39,458 nt of DNA from Erysipelothrix sp. (GCA_030152625.1 JASLJD010000145.1:1-39458); one strand, 5' to 3'; counted from the first letter of the stretch, positions 1 to 11,251 are shown. Program-made: numbers and translations. The notes: generated by a model from the letters alone, not told the origin.

Positions 1-1427
<1,427 letters not shown>

Positions 1428-1527
1428 TTAAACTATTTTTAATTTGAAAATTCTCCCATCAATTAACTGGGATAGATCATAAAGCTACAGCTGTTTCTAC
1501 TATTTTAAATCTATCCTATTTAATAAT

Positions 1528-1570
1528 AAAAAACCACAAAAAATCCCCAAATGGAATTTAATGTGGTTCT
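1528..1570 (-). terminator. Long intrinsic terminator hairpin between dnaN and glpK (possible GlpP-type attenuator)
   Basis: Minus strand reads AACCACA-T-TAAATTCCATTTGGGGATTT-TT-TGTGGTT followed by a T-run. Outer stem AACCACA/TGTGGTT, inner stem AAATTCC/GGGATTT. Confidence 0.7.
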
Positions 1571-1647
1571 TTTGCCTTCAGTATCTTTGTTGGATTGTTA
1601 TTTTTTAAAAAAGAGAGTACTTTATTTTCAATATCCTTTAACTCTAT

Positions 1648-2772
1648 TTAATCAAAAGTTCTGACTGGCAAAACAAGTTGTAAAATACTGTCATCGTTTG
1701 GATCATTTAAAACAAAAGCTTGCATTTCCCCAACAAACTTAACGTCAATAACATCACTGCTCAAGGAACGTAAAGCATCAATCATATACTTACCACTGAA
1801 AGATATCTTTAAATAGCCGCCTTTATAGTGGACAGGACGCAAGACCTCTTGTGAAGATCCAATTTCTTGTGATCGGGAACTCAATTCTATTTTATCTTGA
1901 TCAGCTTCTAACTTAACAGTCCAATAACCTTCATTTTTCAAAAAGGAAGAACGATCGATTGCATCAATAAAATGATTTTTATCGATACGTAATTCAAAAC
2001 CAAACTCTTGAGGTATGAGACGGTTAATATCTGGGAAAATTCCGTCAATGAGACGTGATTGAATAAGACTGTCGCCAACATAAAATTGAACGATACGATC
2101 CGAGATCGCTACATAGACATCTTCATCGGATTGAATCGATTTTTTTACTTCGTAAAGATTATCAGCCGGAACACTGATATTAAAATCTAATTCTTCAATA
2201 CCTTCTAAATCTACGACTTTTTTAGCTAAGCGATAACTATCTGTTGCAACTGCGTGTAATTGATTAGCATCATTTTTAAAGTTAACTCCTGTAAAGATTG
2301 GTCGATCTTCACTGTTCGAACAAACAAATGCCGTTTGATCAATAATTTCTTCTAAGACTTCCCCTGAAATATAAAAACCTTCTTCTGGTTTAGTAAAATC
2401 AATATCCGGATAGAGTTCGGCTTTACTTCCATTAATCACATATTCCGCATGATTGGCACTAATTTGAGTCAAAGCTCCATCCACTATTTCAATACTGATG
2501 CGATCGTTATCAAGTTTACGAACAGATTCGATGGCATAACGTGAATCAAGAACAACTGAGCCTTCTTCGATAATCTCTAATTCGTTTTTGTCATCAGCAA
2601 TAATGACTTCCTGAATACTGATGCTTGAGTCACTGGCTGTTAAAATTAAACGATCCATTTGCAAGTCAAATTTAATACCTGACAAAATCGGTAATGGAGA
2701 AAAATTGGATGCAGCCCGTCCGACAGATGTGAGGGTTTTTAATAATGCATTTTTCTTTATAGTAAATTTCAT
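1648..2772 (-). CDS. dnaN: DNA polymerase III beta sliding clamp
   Basis: 374 aa with motifs PILSGI, AVATDSYRLA and LVLPVR. Directly downstream of dnaA. SD GGAGG at 2779-2783. Confidence 0.98.
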   Translation of the reverse strand: MKFTIKKNALLKTLTSVGRAASNFSPLPILSGIKFDLQMDRLILTASDSSISIQEVIIADDKNELEIIEEGSVVLDSRYAIESVRKLDNDRISIEIVDGALTQISANHAEYVINGSKAELYPDIDFTKPEEGFYISGEVLEEIIDQTAFVCSNSEDRPIFTGVNFKNDANQLHAVATDSYRLAKKVVDLEGIEELDFNISVPADNLYEVKKSIQSDEDVYVAISDRIVQFYVGDSLIQSRLIDGIFPDINRLIPQEFGFELRIDKNHFIDAIDRSSFLKNEGYWTVKLEADQDKIELSSRSQEIGSSQEVLRPVHYKGGYLKISFSGKYMIDALRSLSSDVIDVKFVGEMQAFVLNDPNDDSILQLVLPVRTFD

Positions 2773-2795
2773 ACAAGACCTCCATATTTGATTTG

Positions 2796-2804
2796 ATTAT
2801 ATCA
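2796..2804 (-). promoter_or_regulatory. Extended -10 promoter for dnaN
   Basis: TGATATAAT on the minus strand about 24 nt upstream of the dnaN ATG. No clear -35. Confidence 0.6.
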
Positions 2805-2830
2805 TATTTTTAAAGTTTAACGCGTGTGTT

Positions 2831-2961
2831 ATTTATTTACTTATATAGTCATTAATACTATTAAGGCCTGTGGATTTGTTGACAAAACTAAAAACACCGC
2901 TTGTTTACTGGCTATTATGCTCTAAAACTTGTGTGGATAAGTTGTTGACGTTTGGGGATTC
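2831..2961. other. oriC, dnaA-dnaN part: DnaA boxes plus basal unwinding module and AT-rich DUE
   Basis: Perfect box TGTGGATAA at 2932-2940. On the minus strand, overlapping boxes TTGTCAACA/AAATCCACA (2869-2885) are followed by GGCC (2865-2868), trio-like TTA-ATA-GTA-TTA-ATG (2850-2864) and an AT-rich tract. Confidence 0.9.
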
Positions 2962-4336
2962 ACCGAATTTTCTCTTCTAATTCATAGATCGCTTTAGCGA
3001 GCATTTGATCTTTCTTTAGGTTCTTTTCTATCTTGTCACAGGAATTTATAATCGTTGAATGATCACGCCCTCCAAAAGCTTCACCTATTTTACTATAAGG
3101 TAAGTCGAGATGTTTCCGACAAAGATAAATGGCTATGTGCCTTGCATTGGCGATGGCTTTCGTTCGTGCTTTTGATACAAGCTGAGCTTGCGTTAAGCCA
3201 TAATAATCTGCAACAATCCGTTTAATCGTTCTTGTATCCAATTCTTTACTTGGAATCGGCCGGCCTCCTGTTTTGAAAGCACTCATGGCAACATCCATAT
3301 CAATATAATCTTTCTGACCAAATTCAATTGAAAAGAATAATAGACGATTTAAGGCTCCTTCAAGCATTCGGACATCTTTTGAAAAATTTGATGCAATATA
3401 ATGCAGGACTTCTTCATCAATGATCGATGGATCTAAGCTTTTATGCTTAATCTTAAGTTGTAAAATAGCGAGTGATGTTTCAAATTCTGGTGAATCAACA
3501 CCGACTGATAAACCGGATGAAAAACGACTGATTAAGCGGTCTTCAAGCCCTTTTATTTCAGTAGGATGTCGATCACTGGTAATGACTATTTGTTTTCGAT
3601 TATAAATCAACTCATTGAAGATATGGAAGAAAATCTCATGGGACTTCTCTTTTCCTGCCAAGAATTGAATATCATCAATTAAAAGCACATCTAAGTCATA
3701 CATTTCATCTTTAAACTCTTCGATTGTTCCATCAGCGATGGTATTAGCGACTTGTCTTACAAAATCTGAGCTGGAAGTATATAAAACCTTTGCATTCGGA
3801 TCATTTTTCTTAATGTAATTACCGATGGCATGCAATAGATGGGTTTTACCCAGCCCTGAATTACCATATATAAATAAAGGGGTATAAAATTGACCTGGCC
3901 GATAAGCGCATCCTAAAGCAGCAGAATGGCTTTCTTTATTACTGGGTCCAACAACAAAATTATCGAAGTTTTGACTTGGCATGATGCCATCATCCTGAAT
4001 AATTTGTTGTTTCTGCTTCATCACTTGTGCCTCAATCATTTCAAGTGCAGATGTTTTCTCACTTTTATATTCACTTTCTAAGAAAATATCACAGTCAATG
4101 TTCTTTTGCTTGGTAACTTCACTTAAAGTATCACAAATAACCGGTTTTTCCTCAGATAAGATCACTTTTTGAAGATAAGTGGGCACGATGATAATCGCTT
4201 TATCTTCATTGAGTGAGGCTAACTGTGAGTCTTCAAAATAGGTTTTATAAATAGGCTCATCAAAATACTGACTGTCTTTGATAATCTGCTTGACATCTGT
4301 CCAGATATCATTCAAATAAAATTGAAGACTGCTCAT
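2960..4336 (-). CDS. dnaA: Chromosomal replication initiator DnaA
   Basis: Walker A GNSGLGKT, Walker B LLIDDIQF, RLISRF and GGRDHSTI motifs. Confidence 0.99.
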   Translation of the reverse strand: MSSLQFYLNDIWTDVKQIIKDSQYFDEPIYKTYFEDSQLASLNEDKAIIIVPTYLQKVILSEEKPVICDTLSEVTKQKNIDCDIFLESEYKSEKTSALEMIEAQVMKQKQQIIQDDGIMPSQNFDNFVVGPSNKESHSAALGCAYRPGQFYTPLFIYGNSGLGKTHLLHAIGNYIKKNDPNAKVLYTSSSDFVRQVANTIADGTIEEFKDEMYDLDVLLIDDIQFLAGKEKSHEIFFHIFNELIYNRKQIVITSDRHPTEIKGLEDRLISRFSSGLSVGVDSPEFETSLAILQLKIKHKSLDPSIIDEEVLHYIASNFSKDVRMLEGALNRLLFFSIEFGQKDYIDMDVAMSAFKTGGRPIPSKELDTRTIKRIVADYYGLTQAQLVSKARTKAIANARHIAIYLCRKHLDLPYSKIGEAFGGRDHSTIINSCDKIEKNLKKDQMLAKAIYELEEKIR

Positions 4337-4359
4337 ATCTCACTTCTCCTTCATGTTTA

Positions 4360-4368
4360 ATAATATCA
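4360..4368 (-). promoter_or_regulatory. Putative extended -10 promoter of dnaA
   Basis: TGATATTAT on the minus strand upstream of SD AGGAG. The TTGACT at 4387-4392 is 21 nt away, too far for a canonical -35. Confidence 0.5.
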
Positions 4369-4399
4369 AAAAATAAAGATAAATCGAGTCAAAAAATGA

Positions 4400-4788
4400 C
4401 TTTCCACAACTTCTCCACAAAGAAAGCGATAAAAGAGCTTATATATAGTAGAGATAAGGGACTTATCCACATTTGTCCACAATTTTCGAAATGGGGATAA
4501 GTTGTGGATAATTTAATAACTTATCAACAGATGTGGACAATGTGGACAACAATATTTTTCTAACCATCTGTCAACAGCTTGTCAACTTCATAATAAAGCT
4601 TATTGAGTGCGTATAATGGACTTATCCACTTTTCCACAAATTGTGGATTAACAGTCTTGAATTACTTGTTAAAAGATTGTTTATTTATTCTTGAAAACTT
4701 TTTGTTAACAAAGTTATGAACATGTATTCTTCCACGAAAGTTTATAAATTGTCAACAGTTTCTTAAAAGAGGATAATATCGTGGATAA
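4400..4788. promoter_or_regulatory. oriC, dnaA-rpmH part: dense DnaA-box cluster
   Basis: Perfect boxes at 4463-4471 (TTATCCACA) and 4503-4511 (TGTGGATAA). Boxes with 1-2 mismatches start at 4400, 4411, 4473, 4492, 4521, 4532, 4541, 4622, 4630, 4642, 4714, 4749 and 4780, in both orientations. Confidence 0.93.
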
Positions 4789-4800
4789 CTCGAATTATTA

Positions 4801-4829
4801 TTGACATTCACAGGAATATCCTATATAAT
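4801..4829 (+). promoter_or_regulatory. Consensus sigma-A promoter of rpmH
   Basis: TTGACA (4801-4806), 17 nt spacer, TATAAT (4824-4829). Confidence 0.9.
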
Positions 4830-4892
4830 CTTAAAGCATTTACGCACACAAAATTGACGAGATCAGATTGAAGAATTGGAGGTGCTTGCCAC

Positions 4893-5027
4893 ATGAAAAG
4901 AACATATCAACCAAGTAAGATCCGCCGTAAACGTAATCACGGATTTCGCGCTCGAATGAAAACAAAAAGTGGACGTCGTGTTCTATCACGCCGCCGCAAA
5001 AAAGGGAGAGCGAAGCTATCTAAGTAA
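4893..5027 (+). CDS. rpmH: 50S ribosomal protein L34 (below the ORF-track size cutoff)
   Basis: Manual translation [53 protein letters not shown]. Confidence 0.99.
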   Translation: MKRTYQPSKIRRKRNHGFRARMKTKSGRRVLSRRRKKGRAKLSK

Positions 5028-5034
5028 AAAAATG

Positions 5035-5056
5035 GTCACCTTCGGGTGACTTTTTT
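5035..5056 (+). terminator. Intrinsic terminator after rpmH
   Basis: GTCACC-TTCG-GGTGAC followed by TTTTTT. Confidence 0.8.
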
Positions 5057-5073
5057 ATCTTAGGAGGGAAAGT

Positions 5074-5400
5074 ATGAAGAAAAAATATCGCGTGACAAAA
5101 AATGAAGAATTCGACAAACTGATATCGAAAAAACGTTTTGTGGCAAGTAAATCGTTTACGGTTTATTACTATCCTAAAAAACTTACTTACGCACGAGTAG
5201 GGATTTCAGTACCGACTCGACTGGGAAATGCCGTGACAAGAAATAAGATCAAAAGACAAATTCGCAATATGCTGAGTGATTTTCCTTATTATAACTATCC
5301 TTTTGATTGTATTATTATCGCAAGAGCGAGTTTTTTAAAGAAAGACTACGAAAAAAACCGGAATGACTTGGAAAAACTCTTGAAAACGGTTAAAATGTAA
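5074..5400 (+). CDS. rnpA: Ribonuclease P protein component
   Basis: RVGISV and RNR-type motif AVTRNKIKR. Follows rpmH. Confidence 0.97.
   Translation: MKKKYRVTKNEEFDKLISKKRFVASKSFTVYYYPKKLTYARVGISVPTRLGNAVTRNKIKRQIRNMLSDFPYYNYPFDCIIIARASFLKKDYEKNRNDLEKLLKTVKM
5368..5396 (+). promoter_or_regulatory. Putative internal promoter for yidC-jag inside the rnpA 3' end
   Basis: TTGGAA, 17 nt spacer, TAAAAT. Confidence 0.45.
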
Positions 5401-5436
5401 GATAGGTATTTGCTTAACAAGTGAGGAGTCGTTTTT

Positions 5437-6285
5437 ATGAAAAAATATAATAAGCTAATCATGCTATTAGGAGTACTGGTTCTTTTAGCAGGTTGTACAA
5501 AGATCATCGATCCAAAAACAGGACAGATTTTGGATGATATGATTATTTATTGGGGCGATAAATGGCCCTTTGGAAAAGAAGGTTGGTTTTCGACATTTAT
5601 TGTTTGGCCACTTGCTCAGCTCTTAAATTTCTTTGCAAGAAATATCGGAGCGACACTTGCAATTTTGGTCGTTGCAATTTTAATCAAGCTCATTACATTG
5701 AAGCTTTCAATTCAAGCAACAGTTCAACAACAAAAAATGCAGCTTATTCAACCAGAACAAGCACGTATTGAACAAAAGTATCGTGGACGCACTGATGATA
5801 ACGCAAAAATGCAACAGGCGATGGAATTACAAAAGCTTTTTGAAAAACATGAAATTAAACCGATGAAAGCGATGGGTGGAGCTTTTCTACAAATTCCAAT
5901 TATGATTGCGATGTATCAAGCTGTTATGCGTGCACATGAAATCATTACAGGAACCATTTTTGGTCAAAGTCTTGAAGCAACACCACTCGATGGATTCAAA
6001 GAAGGTAATGCTATTTATATTGGTATTTTTGTTCTCATGGTTATTGCTCAAGCAACATCCATGTTCTTACCACAATATTTAATGAAACAAAAAACTAAAA
6101 ATTACCCGGGTGCACAGTCGGCACAAGCCGCAAACCCAAATACCATGATGTTTTTCTCACTCTTTATGATTTCATGGCTTGGTTTGCGCTGGGGAGTTGG
6201 AATGAGTATTTATTGGATGATTAATGCGATTACACAACTAGCTCAAACGCTTTTTATTCAAAATAAATATGGAAATCAGGCTTAA
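5437..6285 (+). CDS. yidC: Membrane protein insertase YidC/SpoIIIJ (lipoprotein type)
   Basis: Lipobox LAGC, KMQLIQP, LQIPIMIAMY and SIYW. Canonical position after rnpA. Confidence 0.95.
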   Translation: MKKYNKLIMLLGVLVLLAGCTKIIDPKTGQILDDMIIYWGDKWPFGKEGWFSTFIVWPLAQLLNFFARNIGATLAILVVAILIKLITLKLSIQATVQQQKMQLIQPEQARIEQKYRGRTDDNAKMQQAMELQKLFEKHEIKPMKAMGGAFLQIPIMIAMYQAVMRAHEIITGTIFGQSLEATPLDGFKEGNAIYIGIFVLMVIAQATSMFLPQYLMKQKTKNYPGAQSAQAANPNTMMFFSLFMISWLGLRWGVGMSIYWMINAITQLAQTLFIQNKYGNQA

Positions 6286-6306
6286 GCCTGAGGAAGGAGA
6301 GATTGA

Positions 6307-6921
6307 ATGAAGCAGTATACAGCCCGAACATTGGACGATCTACTTCAAAAAGCTGCGGAAGATAAAGACGCAGAAGTTGAAGATTTAGTTTATTATGTTA
6401 CAGAAGAAAAATCTGGATTCTTAGGTATTGGGGCTAGTGTAAGCGCTGAAGTCTTTGCTCCAAGTGATGTGAAAGCATTTGTTGAAGCATATTTAGAACG
6501 TTTTTTTAAAGGATTAGACTTGGAAGTAAAACAAGAAGTTGAGGTTCATAAAAATCAAGTTCGAGTGGAATTAAACGCTGATAACAATGCAATTTTAATT
6601 GGTCGTAATGGTTCATCTTTAAATGGTATGAATAATGTATTAAGAAATGCAGTCAGTTCTCATTTTAAGCGTCGTTTCTTTGTGAATCTTGATATCAATG
6701 GTTACAAAGCAAACCGCTATGAAAAAGTGAAACGAATGGCGCATCAAGTTGCTAAGACAGTTCAAAATAGCAAAGTTGATGCTTCCTTAGATCCGATGCC
6801 TAATGATGAGCGTCGTGTTATTCATCGAGAATTGGCGAACATGCCGAATATAAGAACGAAAAGTGAAGGAAAAGGCCGCTTTAGACATCTCAAAATTATT
6901 TATGATGAAAATAAAAACTAA
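6307..6921 (+). CDS. jag: RNA-binding protein Jag/KhpB/EloR (Jag_N, KH, R3H)
   Basis: EKSGFLGIG, KH motif ILIGRNG and R3H motif ERRVIH. Confidence 0.95.
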   Translation: MKQYTARTLDDLLQKAAEDKDAEVEDLVYYVTEEKSGFLGIGASVSAEVFAPSDVKAFVEAYLERFFKGLDLEVKQEVEVHKNQVRVELNADNNAILIGRNGSSLNGMNNVLRNAVSSHFKRRFFVNLDINGYKANRYEKVKRMAHQVAKTVQNSKVDASLDPMPNDERRVIHRELANMPNIRTKSEGKGRFRHLKIIYDENKN

Positions 6922-6945
6922 GACTTCCACTAGGAAGTCTTTTTT
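6920..6945 (+). terminator. Intrinsic terminator after jag
   Basis: AAGACTTCC-ACTA-GGAAGTCTT followed by a T-run. Confidence 0.85.
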
Positions 6946-6965
6946 ATGGGAAAAGCGAAGAAGTT

Positions 6966-6974
6966 TGTTATAAT
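6966..6974 (+). promoter_or_regulatory. Extended -10 promoter of pth-mfd
   Basis: TGTTATAAT immediately after the jag terminator. Confidence 0.65.
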
Positions 6975-6995
6975 TTAAGAACTGGAGTGATGGAC

Positions 6996-7535
6996 ATGAA
7001 AATGATTGTTGGCCTGGGAAATCCAGGAAGAAAATATGAAAACACAAGACATAATGCTGGTTTTATTGCACTTGATGCTCTAGCAGACCGTCTCAATGTA
7101 TCAATTGAAAAGAAAAAATATCAAGCTTTATATGAGGAAGTTTTTGTAAAAGGGGAAAAGATTCTTTTAGTGAAACCCCAAACATTCATGAATCTGTCGG
7201 GAGAATCCGTTTTGAAATTTGCAGATTATTATGATATTGCTGCTGAAAATATTTTAGTCATCAGCGATGATATGAACTTAGCAATTGGCAAAATACGTAT
7301 TCGTCCAAAAGGGAGTTCGGGAGGGCAAAAAGGCATTCAAAATATTATTGATCTTTTAGGCACAAATGCTTTCCCACGTTTAAGGATAGGGATCGGTAAA
7401 AACCCCCAAATTGATACGGTATCTTATGTTCTTGGAAAGCTAGACGAAGGTGTTGCTTTTAAAGAATCTGTGGATGCCTTAGAGGCCTATACAGAGGGTG
7501 CAAGCATTCAAGACTTGATGAATAGGTATAATTAA
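6996..7535 (+). CDS. pth: Peptidyl-tRNA hydrolase
   Basis: IVGLGNPG, NTRHNAGF and KPQTFMNLSG. Start moved to ATG 6996 (SD GGAG at 6984-6987). Confidence 0.97.
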   Translation: MKMIVGLGNPGRKYENTRHNAGFIALDALADRLNVSIEKKKYQALYEEVFVKGEKILLVKPQTFMNLSGESVLKFADYYDIAAENILVISDDMNLAIGKIRIRPKGSSGGQKGIQNIIDLLGTNAFPRLRIGIGKNPQIDTVSYVLGKLDEGVAFKESVDALEAYTEGASIQDLMNRYN

Positions 7536-7536
7536 G

Positions 7537-10500
7537 ATGCAAAAACTGATTAAGCGATTAGAAAAAACAAAAATAGCTCAGGACTGGTTTGAATCAAAAC
7601 CGGTCTTTGCGCATTTAAGTCCTTTCCAAGAAGCTTTGTTTTTATTGATGGAAGTTTCCCGAGGTCAGCGTGTTGCAGTGATTAAAGAGAATGAATCGGA
7701 TGTCCTTCGTCTTGCAGAAACGATTCAAGCAATCAATGATCATGTAGAAATTGTTCAGTATAAGCATGAGTCATCTTTAAGAATTGAATCAATCAGTGAA
7801 TCAGAGCTGATGAAATATGAACAGATCGATGCGCTTCAACAAATTGTTGAACAAACTGCCGACATTGTTTTAATTTCAAGCAGTGCTGCAATTCGAAAAA
7901 TAAGTCCTAAAGAAAAACTTCAAAATGCCCATATTTGCCTTCAATTATCACAGGTTTATCCTCCCAAAGATTTAATCCAAGATCTTCACAATTTGGCTTA
8001 TCGTCGTGTTAAATATGTCGATCGCCCTTTTACCTATGCTCATCGAGGTGGCGTTATCGATATTTTTAGCTTGAACTATGAGCACCCGATCCGGATTGAG
8101 TTTTTTGATGATGAAATAGACAGTATTCGTTTCTTCGATGTCAAAACACAGCGTTCTCGTGGGAAGCTTGAGAAAGTAAAAATTCTTTTCGCATCTGAAA
8201 TTCTTTTAAGCCCTGATGAAATTCAAAAAATCAGCAAAAAAATAGCTTCAGAAGAAGCAGCGCAATGGGACGATGTTGCGATTTATTTGGATCAATTTTC
8301 CCAAGGTCATTATGAATTAAGCATGTATCCTTTCTTGACTTATGGCGAATCTTTTTCATCGGTGCTCGATTTACTCGAATCTTATCGTATTATTGCTAGC
8401 CCTGTAGAAGCGATCGAACGTTTTGTCCAGGATTATTTAAAAGACAGCCATGCTTTTTTAAAAGAACAAGTTCAACTGGAAAGCATGACCTATAATCGCT
8501 TTGACAATCTCTTTATTCCGCTTGAAAGTTTGTGGGAAAAAATTGATTTTGAGACATATGAGTATGAGGCACCGGAAGAAAGTCATCATATTCCATGGCA
8601 TGAAGATAAGATTTACTTACAAAACCTTGATGAAGGGCTTGCCTTTTTAAAAAACAGAAGTCAATATCATCGGGTAATTTTAGCTGCAGATGTTCCAACA
8701 CTTCAAGCTTTTGAAAAAGATCTCAAAAGAAATGAAATAAAATATGAAATGACCGAAGAAATATTTGTCGAGGACAAAGGTCTTTATCTTTACCCACAAG
8801 CTCTTCAAAAGAGTTTTCGTTTGGAGGATGAAGACTTAGAACTTTATAGTTATGATCAGGTGTTTAAAACAAATAAGAAACAATATCGCTATGATCATAA
8901 ATTTTATGAAGCTGAAAGCCTCGAAAGATTACAAGATCTAGATAATTACGATTATGTGGTTCATCGTCAATATGGTATTGGAAAATATATGGGTATTTAT
9001 ACACGAGAATACGATGGTATCGCTAAAGATTTTATGAAAATTATGTACCAAGGTGGCGATGAACTTTATGTTCCTTTGGAAAAATTTCACCTTGTTCGAA
9101 AATATTTATCGAAAGATGCCCAAGCGGTGCGGCTTAATCGACTCGGCAGTAAGACTTGGGAACGAAATAAAGCTAAAGTAAAAGAAGATGTTGCCCAAGT
9201 GGCGGATCAGCTTGTGCAGCTTTATGCTAAGCGATCAGAAGCGAAAGGTTTTGCTTTCAGCCCGGACAATGAATTGCAAGAAGCCTTTGAGAAGGCTTTT
9301 CCTTATGAACTCACTCCTGATCAAAAACAAGCGATGCTTGAAATTAAAGAGGATATGGAAAAAGCAATTCCAATGGATCGCTTGTTAAGTGGTGATGTTG
9401 GCTTTGGTAAAACGGAATTAGCGATTCGCGCAGCTTTTAAAGCGGTTATGGATGCGAAGCAAGTTGCTTTTCTTTGTCCAACGACGATTCTAAGTTCTCA
9501 ACATTATGAAACTTTTGTCCAAAGATTTGAAGACTATCCGGTTACGATTGCTCTTTTGAATCGTTTTACTCCGATCAAAGAACAAAAAAGAATTCTTGAA
9601 GGATTGAAACAAGGATCGATTGATATCGTCATTGGAACACATCGGATCTTATCAAAAGATATCGTGTTTAAAGATTTAGGTTTCTTAATTATCGATGAGG
9701 AACAACGTTTTGGGGTAGAAGACAAAGAAAAGATGAAAGCTTATCGTGTGAATGTTGATGTCTTATCGCTCAGTGCAACACCGATTCCAAGAACGCTCCA
9801 AATGTCGCTTGTAGGACTTCGTTCTCTTTCACAATTGAACACACCACCACAAAACCGCTTGCCGGTAATGACTTATGTTATTGAAAAAGATGAAAAAGTT
9901 CTGAATGATGTTATTGTGAAAGAGCTTCATCGAGAAGGGCAGGTTTTTTACCTTTTCAATAAGGTCCCAGAGATATACACAGTAGCCAATCAAATTGCTG
10001 AGCAGATACCTGAAAGCAAGGTTGGTGTGGTACACGGACAAATGGATCGGGAAAGTATTGAGGATGTGATGTATGACTTCCATACAAAAAAAATTAATGT
10101 TCTTGTCTGCACCACCATTATTGAAACAGGCTTGGACATACCTAATGCGAATACCATGATTATTGATAATGCCCATCATTTTGGTTTATCACAGTTATAT
10201 CAAATTAAAGGTCGAGTTGGTCGAAGTGATCGTTTAGCTTATGCATATTTTGTAGTGCCACAAAAACAAAAATTAACAGAGGTAGCACAAAAAAGACTGC
10301 AAGCAATTAAAGAATTTTCACAACTTGGCAGTGGTTATAAGATTGCGATGAGAGATTTAAGCATCCGTGGTGCGGGTGAAATTTTAGGTGCACAGCAGTC
10401 GGGCTTTATTGATACAGTGGGTATGGAACTTTATGTTGAACTCTTGCAAGAAGCCATTGCTGAGCGACAAGGCCGAACAATACCGAAACAAGAGGAAGCT

Positions 10501-10941
10501 CCAAGCGTTCAAACCAGTGCCTATTTGCCAGAAAATTTTGCTCATAGCGATAGCGAAAAACTGGATGTTTATGAGGAATTTGAGTCGATTACAAACATGG
10601 ATGAATGGTCAGCACTTTATCGAGATCTCGAAGATCGTTATGGTCATCTGCCAGAGTCCGTTGAAAACCTTCTTATGAAAACAAAGTTAGAATTGTATTT
10701 AAAGGATGCTAAGAAGGTCGATCTCTTTCAACAACGTCCACAATTTGTCGTCCTTCGTTTTACACAGGAATATTCCGATCGCATTGATGGTATTGCTCTT
10801 TTTGGTTTATTAAGTGAGATGTCTTATGATATTAAGGTAAGTTATGTTCAACAAAAAATTGAAATACAAATACCGATTACACGAAATTGGCTCGAAGATT
10901 ATTTACATATTTTTGAAAATATGAAGGAGATGGATGCATGA
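7537..10941 (+). CDS. mfd: Transcription-repair coupling factor
   Basis: RGGVIDIF, VVHRQYGIG, GDVGFGKTE, DEEQRFGV, SATPIPRTL, GRVGR and DLSIRGAG. Confidence 0.98.
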   Translation: MQKLIKRLEKTKIAQDWFESKPVFAHLSPFQEALFLLMEVSRGQRVAVIKENESDVLRLAETIQAINDHVEIVQYKHESSLRIESISESELMKYEQIDALQQIVEQTADIVLISSSAAIRKISPKEKLQNAHICLQLSQVYPPKDLIQDLHNLAYRRVKYVDRPFTYAHRGGVIDIFSLNYEHPIRIEFFDDEIDSIRFFDVKTQRSRGKLEKVKILFASEILLSPDEIQKISKKIASEEAAQWDDVAIYLDQFSQGHYELSMYPFLTYGESFSSVLDLLESYRIIASPVEAIERFVQDYLKDSHAFLKEQVQLESMTYNRFDNLFIPLESLWEKIDFETYEYEAPEESHHIPWHEDKIYLQNLDEGLAFLKNRSQYHRVILAADVPTLQAFEKDLKRNEIKYEMTEEIFVEDKGLYLYPQALQKSFRLEDEDLELYSYDQVFKTNKKQYRYDHKFYEAESLERLQDLDNYDYVVHRQYGIGKYMGIYTREYDGIAKDFMKIMYQGGDELYVPLEKFHLVRKYLSKDAQAVRLNRLGSKTWERNKAKVKEDVAQVADQLVQLYAKRSEAKGFAFSPDNELQEAFEKAFPYELTPDQKQAMLEIKEDMEKAIPMDRLLSGDVGFGKTELAIRAAFKAVMDAKQVAFLCPTTILSSQHYETFVQRFEDYPVTIALLNRFTPIKEQKRILEGLKQGSIDIVIGTHRILSKDIVFKDLGFLIIDEEQRFGVEDKEKMKAYRVNVDVLSLSATPIPRTLQMSLVGLRSLSQLNTPPQNRLPVMTYVIEKDEKVLNDVIVKELHREGQVFYLFNKVPEIYTVANQIAEQIPESKVGVVHGQMDRESIEDVMYDFHTKKINVLVCTTIIETGLDIPNANTMIIDNAHHFGLSQLYQIKGRVGRSDRLAYAYFVVPQKQKLTEVAQKRLQAIKEFSQLGSGYKIAMRDLSIRGAGEILGAQQSGFIDTVGMELYVELLQEAIAERQGRTIPKQEEAPSVQTSAYLPENFAHSDSEKLDVYEEFESITNMDEWSALYRDLEDRYGHLPESVENLLMKTKLELYLKDAKKVDLFQQRPQFVVLRFTQEYSDRIDGIALFGLLSEMSYDIKVSYVQQKIEIQIPITRNWLEDYLHIFENMKEMDA

Positions 10942-11195
10942 GATTAGATAAATATTTAAAAGTATCTCGTTTAATTAAAAGAAGACCGGTTGCGAAAAAG
11001 ATGGCGGATGCGGGTCGAGTTTTTGTGAATGATCGGGTTGCGAAGCCTTCAACTGAAATTGAGCTTGGGGATATCATTCGTCTAGAATTTGAACATCGTC
11101 GTGTTGTCGCAAAAGTGATTTCTTTAGATAAACGAGACTTCAATCAAGCTTCGGCGATGTATGACTTATGTGAAAATATTAAGAAAGATGACTGA
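10938..11195 (+). CDS. S4-domain RNA-binding protein (YabO/RqcP-like)
   Basis: MRLDKYLKVSRLIKRR and AKPS. Typical position after mfd. Confidence 0.92.
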   Translation: MRLDKYLKVSRLIKRRPVAKKMADAGRVFVNDRVAKPSTEIELGDIIRLEFEHRRVVAKVISLDKRDFNQASAMYDLCENIKKDD

Positions 11196-11201
11196 CAACT
11201 C

Positions 11202-11229
11202 TTGAAAATTGAAAGAATGTCAGTATAAT
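11202..11229 (+). promoter_or_regulatory. Sigma-A promoter of the divIC-like gene
   Basis: TTGAAA, 16 nt spacer, TATAAT. Confidence 0.65.
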
Positions 11230-11251
11230 AAGAGTACAAGATAGAAAGAAG

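Noticed and set aside
4400..4788. Repeated short motifs considered as a CRISPR array or iterons
   Set aside because: They are 9-mers in both orientations with irregular spacing that match DnaA boxes. There is no repeat-spacer periodicity and no cas gene.
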